Below, piece after piece: positions 48,707 to 62,598 of a stretch of DNA of 64,000 nucleotides. Both the position numbers and the translations under genes were made by a program. The notes under the pieces are model-generated. The model saw only the letters and a program-made list of their open reading frames with translations. It was not told the DNA's origin and ran no database searches. The DNA comes from Monocercomonoides exilis PA203 (taxonomy: Eukaryota; Protista; Preaxostyla). Each line of letters begins with the position of its first letter. The stretch's first letter is position 1. Location: contig LSRY02000035.1 of assembly GCA_001643675.2 (NCBI GenBank), positions 744,001-808,000 on the forward strand, in the 5' to 3' direction.

Positions 48707-51700
48707 CTACTTTGTAGCTGGGAACTTGACAGCAATCGGAGGAACCTCCACATCCTTCTCAATATCATCCATATCTGAGCAAGTCAAAATCAGAGTAACT
48801 TCTGATGTTCCTGGCTCAAGCACCTTGTTAATAACATCTTTTATGCATTCAGACAATTTCTGAGACAATCTCATCTTCTTCTTTGCTTCTGGTGCCATCT
48901 GCATGAACAATATTCCTGTTCCAAAGCATACCATATCGACTGACCATCTTTTCTCATTCTGCACTCGCTCAATGACTTCGTTCAATGTTGGCTCATGATC
49001 ATATTCAAGATTGATTTTGTCCCACACAGTGAATGCTGAGTCAGCTGACAGCTTGGCTGCACGGATCGGAGACGAATATGTGAATATGTTGATTGCCAGA
49101 TTCACAAACCAATTCCTGTAGTTGTCAATGCTCTTCTCTTTTCTTGCAAGAGAAAGAAGATCAAAGCAAGTGAGACCCGAGATCAATGATGTTGTTGTTG
49201 CTATTGCTGGAATGATCTTCCCAGAAATCTGTTTGATTCGCGAGCGATCGGCTGTTGGGATGCCATAGTTGATGGCTCGGAGATTAGCTCCAGCGGTGAT
49301 AAAGTCAATGTGATGATTTGTGTCATCGTCTTTCTCAAACTCTATTGACTGAACAGAAATCGCTTTGAGTTGACTTCCTGATGGAAGATCATTCACCATC
49401 TGCTGGAACACTTTTTCCTCGCTTTCTCTTTCCTTATTGAGCGACTGTTCCATCTCTTCTTCGCTCGACGGCTCAACTTCCATCGCACCAACTTTGCTTT
49501 CATCAAACGAAGATTCTGTTGAAGATGATGCGCCATCAGAAAGTGCTGCAGATGATTTCCCAGCTTGTCCGTCCATATCGATTGATATTCCCTGGCGAGG
49601 CACAAATGGAGGAGGAACAACACCAGCTGCTATTTCAGCCACAGCCTTCATGTCCATCTCTCCTCCTTCTCCAGCGCCTTCCACGGTGATCGAATAGTTC
49701 TGAGCTCGGATGAATGCAGCAGAAGCGACAAACTCAATGTGCATCGGATTTGCCTTGTCAAATGTCAATGGTGTGGGCATTCTTTTGTGTCCAGACCAGA
49801 ACAGTTCTCCGCCAGTTGTTGTGGCATCAGCTGGGAAGTTGAACAGGAGTTGTTTGATCTGGTTGGTGAAAATCTGCTCAAACAGCATTCTTCCCCAGAC
49901 AACGCAATCTTTCCAGCATTTCGGCCTTTCGGCTAATAAGTTTTTGTTCAGATTCTCGATTGTAAATAGGCGGTTGGATGGATTAATTCTCAATCTTTCC
50001 AAATAGGCAGAAGGATTTCGTATGTATGACGCTGCATCTGCTGGCTGCTCTGTAAAGAGCTCCACAAACATTCCTCTTATAAACTCAATTGTATGCTCAA
50101 TCAAATATGGCAAATTCTTCACTGTGCACATGGCAATATCCTTTTCTGGTGGATCTGGCGATGCACCGTAATTTTCGGTCAGATAAGGCACAACTGTTTG
50201 TGTGTTACCTTTTGTTCCCAAAGTGCCGCATTCGAGAAGCGATTTGCGGTAGTTCACACACTGCCCATCAACGTACAGCCTTGAAGGCACATTATCCAAG
50301 GCATTTGCAACTCCATCAAGAGACTCCCAGAATTCTGAGTTGAATGTTGTTTCAGTGTCTAGGCCGACTTTTTCTGTGAGCGCTTTGATTTTGATGTTCG
50401 GATTGATCAGCTTCACAGCCACAGCAGCTCTTTCAGACTTTGGATGACCAATGTCTCTTGCCCTGAACAGAAACTGTCTGCTCAAGTTGGAGATTTCTAT
50501 GTTGTCCATATCAGTCACTGTAATTAATCCTTTTTCTCCGCATGCAACACCCATCAGTGCGTAATTTTTCAGTGCTTCGCATCCTATTGCACCTGCTCCA
50601 ACGAGGAAATAATTCAAATTTCCCAGCTTCTTCTGCATTTCATTGCCAAAAATGGCAATCTGTCCGTCGTATCTGCATCCTCTTGGTGCAGCATCGGCCT
50701 CAGTTGGCAGATGCTCTGGGTCTAAGCACTGTGAATGATCGAGATACAGCCACTGAGTGAGGGGCATTAATTTGTTTGTCACTGCTTTTACCACTTCCTG
50801 TCCGACAATGCCTCCAACAGCAGACGAAACAGGCGCACAACTTCCAGCGCAAACTCTTCCGAATAATGTGGCAATCTCCTTGTCAAACGGAACCTTGTTA
50901 GAAGCCTCCTGTTCTTCTTCTTTTCCAAATATTTCTTCGTGTTTGTGCGAAGCAATCTTTACAAATTCCTCTGTTTCCTTTTCGCTGTGTGGAATTGGTG
51001 CTCTTCCTCCGTTCTTCTGTCTAAACTCGTCTAAAGCAAAAAAGCATGAATGAATCGTTTCACTACGCTTGTCGTGCATCATGTCTCCGTTGTAGACAAT
51101 TTCTGGCTTCTTTTGCTGCTGCTCGTACGGCTTGTGTGTAACTTTCGTTGGCATCTTCACCTCTGTCACATATCCATTCTTCACATATTCACCAAATTTG
51201 GTTGCGTCAATTTCGACCTTGAATTTTGTCTTTGAAACAAATTGCACTTTTGCTGGCGGAAGATCGTTTATTTCCGTCATTCCTTCCACAAGTGAAAATT
51301 GAACAAAATCTTCATCAGAAAAATCATGTATTTCTCCATCAACAACAGATACAACAGCTGGGTTGGTATTTGAAACTCCTTCTATTGCAACCATTTTCAC
51401 TCTTTCTCCTGTTTGATCTGTAACATTGTGCTCTGATCCGACATCAATGAATATTCTGGAGAAAAGTCCCGAAATATCCGCGATCATAAATTTTATTTCA
51501 TGCTTTCTGCATATTGCGCTAATTCTTTGTATTTCTGATTCAGATGCATTGCAAAGAACGACAACTTTGTATTTTGAAATTGTTTCTTCGGTCAAAGCAT
51601 TTGTAACTAATTCAACTTGAACATATTCATTAAGTTCAGCAAGCTTTTTAACGCATTGTTCAGCTCTATTCTTTCCAATATCTGCTTCAGTAAGGTAAAA

Positions 51701-52052
51701 TTGAGTTGAAAGATCTTCAATTTTTGTCAAGCAAGTGTCGTGCACAGCCACAATATGAATTCCAGATAAAATTACATTTTTTGCTAATTTTTATTTCAAA
51801 ATAAAGTATTTCTATAAACAAAAGAAAAGAAGGAAATGCCCAAACCAATTTCGACTCCAACTCCGTTCATTCCAGATATAAGCACAGAACTTGTAGAAAT
51901 TTTTTGCATTGCATCCAAACTGAATTTATAAAAAGTTTAGCAAAAACAAATAGGAAATAAATCTTTGTAAAAATTAATTTCTATATAGTTAATTCTTACC
52001 CAAATGTGTGTATCTGCCGATCATATCTCTGAAGCTGTTTATTGGAATTCAT
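48707..52052 (-). CDS. UBA1: Ubiquitin-activating enzyme E1
   Basis: RYDRQI start exon, GMNGVGVEI|AKN, VGAGAIGCE, SNLSRQFLFR, catalytic MCTVKNLP, FEKDDDTNHH, IIPAIATTT. Two short 5' introns lie upstream of ORF 48707-51751. Confidence 0.96.
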
Positions 52053-52246
52053 TTTTTCGAAAAGTAAATAATGGTCACCTGGTATTCAAATCCACAACAC
52101 TCGATATTTTTCGTTTTTTGTTGAAACCTTGAATGTTTAACAGTCTGTACATTCACACGAATCATTCTTAATATTTCAGAAGCAACCACAACCGTAATAT
52201 TTTTTGAATCAATAATAATTCTTAATTATGTTGTTTTCGAAAGTAA

Positions 52247-53744
52247 ATGAAAATTTTAAGTCATGTGACATTGCTTTCGTTAAACAATATTTATTAGAAT
52301 TATTGGAATTGCAACTTTGTGACCGATGTGCCTTATGTTTTTTGAATATTCGTGATAATGAAGTTATTTTTAAAGAAAACACTGTATGCGTATTTTTGTG
52401 AATAATAATTCGAACAACGTTTATAAACCAATTGATTAAAGGAATTGAGAACGTTATTTAACGATTTACTTCTTTCTTTCGGAGTGAATGATCAAAAAGA
52501 CAGAAAAGATGACCGTTGTGTTGATATTTGATTTTCTAGCAGCTGAAATGTTTAATGTTATTTTTTCTTTTAGGTGCATGTAGGTGTTGCTTGGGTATTT
52601 TACCTCAAATGACCAAAGAAGTTGTATTTCCGAAATTGTTTCATTCTTTAAAAAGGGATATTGAAGGTTATGATAAGGTCTGAGGAAAATGTTTTTCATT
52701 AAAAATTAAAGAGTTGTTCATTTTTCATTATTATATCTATAAAGTGGCCAACATTTTCGGTTAGTTTTTATCTTCCGAATACATTCGTTCTAAGACAGTT
52801 ATGCTTGACAATTTACTTGAAAGAAAAATTTGGAAAGCAATTGTGTGATTTGCTTGGTATTCTTGGCCAAGAAAATTGGAGTACATTTGCAGGAGATGTT
52901 AGAGATGTTGGAAGAAACATGTTTATAAATACAATTGAAAGCGGATTAGAAAAGCAGCACGATTCTTCTTCTCCTTTTCACATTGCTGTAAATTTTGATT
53001 TTTCAAACTGTTTCACAAGCGTTGTTGAGCCAAAGGTGACATCTGCAGTTGAAAGTCCTGGAACTTCTTCTATGCCATCATCAACGACGTCAACTTCATC
53101 CTCAACTTCACCAATTTCACTTTCAACTTCCATTTCATCACATTCATCTCAAATCATCTCGAAGAAAAATGCAATCATTTATGCACCTCTTTTGCACGAA
53201 TTCGATTTTCTTGTTAGCGAAGCAGCTCTTCAGCAGAGGCGCCATCAGTTGCATCGACAGCGTCGAGCAGAGATGTGGAAGAAAAGAACGGAGGAGAATC
53301 AGAAGAGAAAAGAGGAGTGCAGAAAAGAATATTTGCAGAGGAAAAAAAGAAGCGAGGAAACAAAAGATGAGCCGAAGGAGAGCTGCTCTAATGACTTGTG
53401 TGAGAAAGATGAGGACGAATCAAAGCAGATGATGTTGCTTGCAGAAGAGGGGAAACAGAAGAAAGACCCGATGAGCACATCCTCAAAACGACCATCATCA
53501 ACCTTAGAAAAGGATGAAATAACAAACGAAGATGATATTTCTTTAAAAGACAGCTCTCATTTGAATGTCTCATCTTTTAGCCATGTTGACAACAAAGCTT
53601 ATGCCAAAATGGATGAGCAGCTTCTAACAAACAACACATTAAAAGAAATTCTTACAAAACCACCTGTTGAAGTGTTGAAAGAGTATGCACTCTTTTTTTG
53701 GGTGAAAAACTGATGTATTCTTTTTTCAACCCATTTGTATTTTT

Positions 53745-53785
<41 letters not shown>

Positions 53786-55308
53786 TTTATTTTTTTCTGA
53801 CAAACGTTATCATTTTTACACTTTTTCTTTTTTCTTTTTTTATTTTTGAATTGATAAAAAAACAGACACTCATATATCCCTCCACCAATACTGTCAGTTG
53901 AAAGTGCATTGCCTTCTGTTATGATTCGAGTAACGCACGACTCTGTTCTTGTTGGAGGAAACTATTTAAAGTTTAGCAGAATCTTACCTCAGACTCCATG
54001 GACAGTTGAAGAGCAGGAAGATGTTGATGTGTCAGCCAAAAAACTGCCATCTGCCCCTCATTCGCTCAGTGCTTCGTCTTTCTGCAGTGTGAAAGATGTT
54101 GAACGTACTGAAACAAAAGACAACCAGGTTGATGGATTGAAAGATAATTCTTATCAATTTGAAGATGATAAATCAACTAAGAAAATGACTTCTGATGAAA
54201 GAGAATCAATCAAAGATAGCTGCACATCTGTAACAATTGAAGCAGTTCAAGAAAAAGATACAAAAAGCCAAAAAGATGACAGTGCTGCATTGAATGAGGC
54301 TCCTTCTTCTCAGCAGGAATCACTCAAATCAGCAGTCAAAGCGCCTCGGTATGCATCTTGTGTGCAAGATGAGATAGGCGAGGATATTGTCAAGCTTTTC
54401 AGGGGAGAAAAATCTCTGTTCCATTCGGCCGGAAGAGAAGATGTTGATGTGAGGATGCTGGGAAATGGAAGACCATTTGTAATTGAAGTGGTTTGTTTAT
54501 TTTGAAGAGAAAATGAATTTTCAGATTTTCTTTTCTCCTGTTTTTTGTTATTTCTTTTGGTTGCGATAATTAAAATTATTCGAAGTCGTTTTTTGCTTTA
54601 TTCTTTGATAATTTTTCTCTCTTTTTTCTTCATTATTCAATTGTTTGGTTATTTATGTTTATTTTTTTTTTTAATTCAAAGATCAATCCAAAATGTCCTC
54701 TACGCACTCAAGACGAACTGAAAAGTGTTGAAGATGAGATTAATCACAAAAAAGACGTAATCCAAATCAGAAATCTCCATATTGTTTCAAAGTATTGATG
54801 AATTTTTTTGCTGATGAATATTTTATCTTATTTTTCTTTTATTTTTCAGAGATGAATTTCAGCACTTGAAGGAAGGAGAAAATCAAAAGAGAAAAGTTTA
54901 CTCCGCAGTTGTGTGGACTGAGGCCCCACAGACACCTGAAAGATTGGTGTGCTTGTTAATATTTAAAGTTGTTTCAAGATTTGAATTGTATGCTTGTTGA
55001 AATAGAGACAATTGATAGACACAACAGAAGATGTTTTGGTGAAACAGCTGACTCCACTTCGTGTTCTCCACAGACGTAGCCTGGCTGAGCGTGAAAAAGT
55101 TATTCATTCAATGAAAACCTTTTTTATTTCTCCACATTACTTCATTCTCCATTTGGAGACTTCTGCAGGAACTTATGTGAAAGAATTTGTTCATGGAGAT
55201 ATGGGAAGAACTCAACCAAACATTGGAGGGTTGCTTTCTTGTGATGCTGATATTCTTCAGTTGGATGTGTTGGAGTTGAAATGGGATAATGAAACAAAAG
55301 AGAAGTGA
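52247..55308 (+). CDS. PUS10: tRNA pseudouridine synthase Pus10, multi-exon
   Basis: N-terminal CDRC, GNYLKFSRILPQTPW, FHSAGREDVDVRMLGNGRPF, QLTPLRVLHRR, AGTYVKEFVHGDMGRT. The 5' exon structure is approximate. Confidence 0.92.
53740..53787 (+). repeat. (TTTC)n tract inside a PUS10 intron
   Basis: Read directly. Confidence 0.85.
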
Positions 55309-55552
55309 AGAATTTATCTTTCTTTTTTTATTTTTTTTACTCAAAGCTCCTTTCCAGGAAAATTCAATTTCTGAAATCTCAATTAAAACTTTTTTTGAAG
55401 TTTTCTGAAAATAAAAGTCTGTTTTTCATTTGGATCAAATAAATAATGAAAAGCCTGAATGTAAGAACAAAGCGTGTTCAAAAAACACGGATGACGTGTG
55501 AAAAATAGTAAGTTAAAACAAAAAATCAATGCAACAAAGTCAAAATGAACGA

Positions 55553-56056
55553 TCAATGCTTTTTAGTTGAAGACTTCTTTTTGGTATCCTTTGCCTTCTT
55601 TGCCTTTGGCTTGGATTTTGTTGCTTTCTTTTTGTTAGCTTTTGGCTTTGAAGATTTCTTTGAGCTTTTTGCCTTCTTTGACTTTTGTCCGCTTGACTTT
55701 GTCTTCTTTGTTTCCTTCTTAGCCTTCTTTGATTGTTTCTTTGGCTTCTTTTCTCCTTTTGCCTTTTTAACAGTCTTCTTTGCTTTCTTTGCCTTTGGCT
55801 TCAGAGCGATCTTTCCTTTTTCTGTCAGCAGATAAGACATTTTATGCTTCTTCAAAATGCCAGCAGCTACCATTTGTCTGAGTTGAATTTTCAATTGGTT
55901 AGCAAGAAAAACAACTTCAATGTCTTCGTGCTCCTTAAGAATCTGGTTTCCAATGGCAACGTTGCTGCTTCCAGTTCTCTCCTTCAAGGCTGCAATTGCT
56001 TCAATGATGTATTTTCTCACAGGAACGCTTTTAGAACTCTTTTCTTTTCCAGTCAT
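55553..56056 (-). CDS. H1: Linker histone H1 (167 aa, intronless)
   Basis: Globular-domain signature IIEAIAALKERTGSSNVAI...LRQMVAAGIL...SYLL followed by a Lys/Ala/Ser-rich tail. Confidence 0.9.
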   Translation of the reverse strand: MTGKEKSSKSVPVRKYIIEAIAALKERTGSSNVAIGNQILKEHEDIEVVFLANQLKIQLRQMVAAGILKKHKMSYLLTEKGKIALKPKAKKAKKTVKKAKGEKKPKKQSKKAKKETKKTKSSGQKSKKAKSSKKSSKPKANKKKATKSKPKAKKAKDTKKKSSTKKH

Positions 56057-56097
56057 GTTTTATAAACAATTATTTACACCACATATTAAAAACGGCC

Positions 56098-56109
56098 TAT
56101 ATATATATA
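56098..56109 (-). promoter_or_regulatory. TATA-like (TA)n element about 45 nt upstream of the H1 start codon
   Basis: TATATATATATA at a plausible distance; the genome is AT-rich so chance is possible. Confidence 0.35.
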
Positions 56110-58428
56110 CAATATTATAAACCGATCATTTGATCTTTTTTATCACACAAAAATGAAATATGTAGTATATACTTTATGATCATCCAAAATCCAGAAATTT
56201 TTGTTATGTGTGAGAAGATAAATGATTTGAGAATTATTTTCTTGAAACGAATCATATTATCAAATTGAGAATTTTTTCATTTCAATAGCTATCAATTATT
56301 ACTATTGCTGTTTTTTTTGAGAAAAGTTTACAATCATAAAAATCCATATTCAAAATTCCTCAAAAAAATAAATCTATTATATTAATTGCAATTTCTTTTC
56401 ACTTTTGAAATAAATATTTTTTGAAACTTATATTGTATTTTCCAAGGATATCAAATCAGTTTGAATTTATTGTTTGCGAAAGAAATGAATATCCTTTTTA
56501 TTGTGTGTGAAAAAAAAATATATCAATCAGCATTTAATATAACATATCAAACAGAATCAAGAAATACGGTGCAGTGATTATCATATATAATTAAGGAGTG
56601 ATAACCATTTTTTTGCAATTTATTCAGACCCAAAAACAATTTCAAAGAATAAATATCAATCTAAAAAATGTTCATGTTAGATGTTTAAATGTCATATTAT
56701 CCATTTTTGTACAAACATTTCCATTGAAATAGCAGTCTTATACTTATTTCAGCATTATCTCTTCTTTAAATTTAAAATTTCACTCGATGCTTGATAAACA
56801 TTTTTCTATCAAAAATGAACATTTTTCAACAGCCAACAACTTAAATCACTGTTTATTTCCAATAGAAATAATTGTTCTTCTTATTATATTCTTTTCAGCT
56901 TCATCTTTATTGTTGGATGTATTTCAAACATATAAAATGTTTGTCTTTCTAACAATGAAGAAAACTTTCCTTTTTGATTTTCGAAGTTCTGATTTTTGTC
57001 TATTTCCTTAGAAAGTCATTTGCTTCACTTCAAATTATTTGAAGAAATCTCTTTAACGTTTTTCAATACTCAACGATGAACTCATGACTACTATCGAATC
57101 CGAACAATTATCTCAAGTTGTTATGCGCAAACAAACAGCGAATAAAATTAATTTTCAGTAATCTTAGCTTATAAATTCATCGAAAGTTCGGAACGAAATG
57201 TACATTCTGATTTGTCTCATATGCAAGAAAAAACCATCAATCTTCATTTCTTTTCAACTGTTCTTCGGTTGACTTCAGTTTTGATTCTTCAAATTCTGTA
57301 ACTTCAAATTGAAGGAAATGCAAATCCATAATAATTGTATTATCATTTTCTCATTCATAATTTCAACTTTCAAGAAGATTTCTCAAGATGACTGATTGTT
57401 AAAATTGCAAGGTTGAATTGTGAATTGTATTTTTTGAATGGTTACGAAAACTCATCCAATCTGAATACTTTTGAAACTAACTGATAGTGCAAACGTGCAG
57501 ATGCATTTATGATTAAAATTATTCATGAACTTCGCAGGTGAGAATGTTTCCTTGTTTCTTTGTTCAAAACAAACGATTTTAAAGAAAAGAAACGAAATCA
57601 CAATTCAATTAGAATCAAATTGTGATTTCTGGAAATAAATAGGGGCACAGCGTTCAGTTGAATGTTTTTTGTTCAAATTTGTCTTCCTTCATATAAATGC
57701 TAAAAAGTTCATTTCTCTTACGAATTGCAAAGTGACAGAAATGCAATTTTGCGATAAACATTTAATCAATTCTTCATTCCCAAACACAATCACATCCTTC
57801 ATTATCTACAATTACTTTTTCTCATTTATTCACATATGTGTGCTAATTTAATATTTGCTTGTTGAATTTCGTCACCATAATTTTATGAATAGCCACTTTT
57901 GCTGCCAATTCATTAAACACAAAAATTTTCTTTAACCTCTATTTTTTTCCTGATTAGATAAGAAATTTCAAAAAAACAAATCGTCTCAAAAGTACATTTT
58001 TGTTATCATTGAGTTCTTTGATAAAATTCTTTTCGATGGGGATGTAAAGCATTTTTGAATTTGAATCAATAATTTCATAATTGTCAAATGAACAGCTGAA
58101 AACAAAACAATTATTAAATAAAAGAAAAAGGAATATCGCATTACGTCAATTGATAAATTTTCGATTCTAAATGTTTTTCTTTCAAATTCTGTCAAACTCT
58201 TTTCACTGCTTTGTAATAAAACACAATGAAAATAAGTTTTCAGAAAAGTCGATGAATGTGAAAAACAAAGTTTTGTTCATTTTTATTCGTTTCAAGTTTA
58301 TCAATGCGTTAGTAAAATGTTTAAATTAACTCACAATGAAATTCAAAGTTATGCTTGTTATTTTTGAAAGCGATCTAACCCTTTTTATAACCAGTCAGAT
58401 AATTATTGGAAATCTTTTGAAAAAATAG

Positions 58429-61250
58429 ATGTCGTTTGTTTTCAGGAGATTTATATAAAACTAGACAATATCTTTATTTTTTTCAAATTAATTCCAATAT
58501 AATTAACGATTTGTAGAGGCCCTGTCACATTATCAGAAAAAATTGACGCTCACAACGATGTTGTTGAAGGGTTAAAGCGTCTTTATCGCGAAAAAATAGT
58601 TCCATTGGAAGAGTCATGTCAATTTCACATGTTTCACAGGTTCAAACGTTTTGATTTAAGATTTGAAGTTAAAAAATGAAAATATTTTTTGCAGTCATCC
58701 ATTGAGGGACAGTGATTTTGATGCAAATCCAATGGTTATGCTCATAGGTTTGAAATCGTTTTTCTTTGTAATCTGGTTAAACATTGAAATTTTCTTTTGT
58801 TTTCAGGTCAGTACTCTGTTGGAAAGGTATTGAAAACTGTTATAAAAAACTTTTTCAAAGCATTTTCCGAATTCAGACATCGTTTATAGAATATCTCTTA
58901 GGAAGGAGTTATCCTGGAATGATGATTGGGTATTTTTATTTTTATTCAATTTAATTTTTTTGTTTGCAAAAATTTTGAAATTTTGAATCATTCATAGTCC
59001 TGAACCAACAACAGATAAATTTGTGGCTGTTTATTACGGAGAAGAAGATAATATTATTCCTGGGTATGTTCAAAATTTTTTATGTTTTCTCATTTTCTTT
59101 CTGTTCAGAAACACGGCATCAATGCATTCATCGTTTCCTTTTCAGCAACTTGATCGATTTGGTTCAGCGTTTTTAACAAGATTCAATGTGTCTACTTGCA
59201 ACTCTGATTTTTTGAAGTCAATTACCCTCATTGACACACCTGGTGTTTTGAGTGGGGAAAGGGAGAGGGTTGGGCGCGCATATAACTTTCGTTCGGTGGT
59301 TGAGTGGTTTGCTGTGCGTTGCGATCTCATATTGCTTCTGTTTGATGCCAACAAGCTGGACATCTCCGATGAGTTCCGAGATGTGATCAACGGGCTGCGG
59401 GGCAATGAGGACAAGATCCGCGTGATTTTGAACAAAGCAGACACTCTCTCCACTCAGAATCTGATGAGAGTCTACGGTGCTTTGCTCTGGTCTCTGTCGC
59501 GTGTGTTTATGACCCCCGAGAATGTGCGTGTGTACATCGGGTCTTTTTGGAACCAGCCGCTGAAGACGGTCGAGCTGGAGAACTTGTTCCACAGAGAGAT
59601 GGACGATCTTCTGAAGGAGCTTGGCGGGCTGCCTCGTGTGGCAGCACAGCGCAAAGTGAACGAGGTTGTGAAGAGAACGAAGCTGTCGAGGGCAATCGCT
59701 GCACTCACAACTTATCTGAAGGAAGAGATGACATTCTTCGGGAAAGAGAAGAAGAAGGCTGAGGTTTAGGAATTTTGTTTTTGTTTCATTGTAAAGTTTA
59801 AACTTTGAAATTTTGATTATATTTATTGTAAATCGAATCGTGTTTGTTGTTTTAATGATGGGTGAAATATGTTTGTTTTGGCATGTGCAGTTAATCGCAA
59901 ATCTGCCCTCAATTTACACTCGCCTTTCGTTGCAATATGGTTTTTCCATTGGTGATTTTCCTCCAGTTGATGCAATGAGGATGCGTCTTCAGCATTTGGA
60001 TTTTGACAAATTCCGAAAGATTCCAATCAAAATGTTCGAAGCAGTCAATCAGGTTTCTATGCATTGCTCCATTTATTTTGTTGTTCAGCTGTTTTATTCT
60101 TAAATTCAAATTTCAATTTTCTTGTATTTTATTTTATATTATTTTATTTTTTATTTAACTAAAACCAAAATTTGACAATATCACTTTGTGTCGATTTTCT
60201 TTCTCAAAGGCGCTGACTGAAACGCTTCCGCAGCATCTGCAGTTGCTGCAGCCATCTGTTGCTGACTCATACATCAATCCATTTGAGTTGGAAGCGAAGT
60301 ATGGCGAGATATGGCAGGTGACGCCAAAAGAGGCAGAAAAATACAAGAAGCTGTTTTTGACAACAGGAGGAGTGAATCTTTCGCATTGCTACGTCACTTT
60401 TGGAGAGGGCGGGCAGCAGAACGACGCGTCAGCTGCATCTCATCCGCCCTCTGCAAACAAACATGATCCTCTTTGGGATCTGTTTCTGACTGGCGAGCAG
60501 CTGAAGCCTGTGTTTGCGAAGAGCGGGGTGGATTCGAGATTTTTGCGGGAGCTGTGGCGCCTGGCAGACACAGATAAGGACGAAAAGCTGTCGTTTGATG
60601 AGTTTGTGATTGCGATGCATTTGCTGAAGATGGCTAAACAGACGAATGGCCAGCTTCCTCTTTCGCTTCCGTTGGAATTCGTGCAGCGGGTGAGGAAAGA
60701 GTACGGACTGAAATCGAGATTTGAAGAGCAGGAGAAAGAGAGAGAAAGAAAGAGAGAGGTGAAAAGAGCAGAGCTGCTCGAGAAAGAAAAAGAAAGAGAA
60801 AGAGAACGAGCATTTGTTTCTCAAAGTCTGACTGTCAGTTCTTCAAGTCCTTCAAAAGCAGACCAGCCTTCATCGTCATCGTCGACACCTTCGTCTCTTT
60901 CATCTACAGCTGCTCCTTCTCCTTCTCCTTCTCCACCTCAGCGCCCTCCTCCAAACCCGTACCCTCCCATGCAATCTTCTTCTGCGATTGCCTCTTCTCC
61001 TTCTTCCCCTTCTCCTTCTCTTCCTTCTCATACTCCGCCTTCTTCTTCCAATGCCAATGCTTCCAACTGGCTTTTTAAGTCTGAGTCTGCACCCATTTCA
61101 TCCCATCCACCACCTCCTCCTCACATGCCGCCAGCATCTTCGCCGTTGTATTCACTTCCTCCTCCTCCCCCGACACAGCCTGCACAGCCGCATACCTCAC
61201 TTCCTCCTCCGCCTCCTCTTGCTGATTCGGGTGTTGCTGCAAGAAGGTAG
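58429..61250 (+). CDS. EHD1: EH-domain dynamin-like ATPase (EHD/RME-1 family), many exons
   Basis: GLKRLYREKIVPLE, P-loop GQYSVGKT, IGPEPTTDKF, IDTPGVLSGE, LFDANKLDISDEF, LNKAD, LMRVYGALLW, VYIGSFW; EH domain LWRLADTDKDEKLSFDEFVIAMHL; Pro-rich tail. Confidence 0.93.
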
Positions 61251-62598
61251 GGAGCAGAACTTGTCAACAGAGCGAATTTTTTTTTGAGAAGAAGGCTTTC
61301 GAAGTTTCGAAAGAAGCATCATTTTTGATGGTATAGAAATATTTTCAAATGATCATTTTGTGTTTTTAATTTTTTTTTTTTTTTGTTTTTTTGTTTTTTT
61401 GAATGCACTTTCGAATTCTTTGATAAGTCTTTGGAGTATTTTTATTGTTTGTTTGTTTGTTTGTTTGATAGAAAAGACATTTCATTTTTTTTTTTTTATT
61501 TTTTTCGTTATTACGGCGACTGCTACTGTTTGTATCAGAATGAATCTTTTTACTCGATTTTCAAAAGTAAATGAAAAAGATCTGTTTTTTAAAATTCTTT
61601 CTTGTTGAAGCTAAATGTTTTTGTTCAAATGAATATGTTGAAATATTCACATCATGAGCATTTGTAATTTTTCTTAGACTGTTTCTTTTTCTGACAATTT
61701 CTTAAAACTGACAATTATTTCGAATGCTTTCAATTTTTCGTTTCAGAAGTTTTGAACAAATATATTGAATTCGCATTTGAACTTTCTGGAATAATTTTTA
61801 TTATTTATTAATTTGCATTTTCAATCACGTTTTATTCCTTTTTTTTTCTGATTTCTTGATAAATACACATTTGTGGATTGTGTGCAAAACATGTTGAATA
61901 AGTCTTCAGAAATTTGCGAATTCGAAACATTTTCTTGTGAAAAATTCCAAAATTGTTCATGATTTGATAGTTAAATCGAAATAATAATTCTTTTCTGATT
62001 CCTGTGAACTTTTTTTTCAATTGATTCATTTATTTGAATGGTCAATTCTTTTTGAAATTCAGTGAAAAAAAATATAAATATATTGCAAACAAATAAAAGA
62101 AAAACATAAATGAGAACGAAATTCATTGATTGTTCACCGCATGCAAGAGATATGTGATAAAGCTGAAAAATGTTTATTGTATTATAACACATTTTTTCAT
62201 TTTTATTTTTTATTATCTAAATCAAATAATTGCAGAAGAAGGTTAACCAAAAATCAATAATGATTTCACAATTTCAAAAAATAGAGCTCATCATTTGTCA
62301 TTTGTTGTTTTTGCTTTATTTTTCCTTCAACAAGATTCCATCTCATCAAAACATCAAGTATTTGACTTTTTCATTGTTAATAAACATTGTTCACAATCAA
62401 AAATAAAAAAAGTTGGATAAAATAATCAAAATATTATTCCTCATTCACAAATTTTTAATTTTTGATGAACTCAAATGAGAAATTTATGTTTATTTATTCA
62501 ATAAATAAAGTGAAAATGATCATAACCGTTAAAAATAATAATAAACAAAGTCAACAAATGATAAATGGTTATGATCTTTTCAAAAGAAAAAGAATCAT

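Noticed and set aside
56700-58200. Possible gene between H1 and EHD
   Set aside because: Only short low-information ORFs; may be a decayed gene on the minus strand but cannot be supported.
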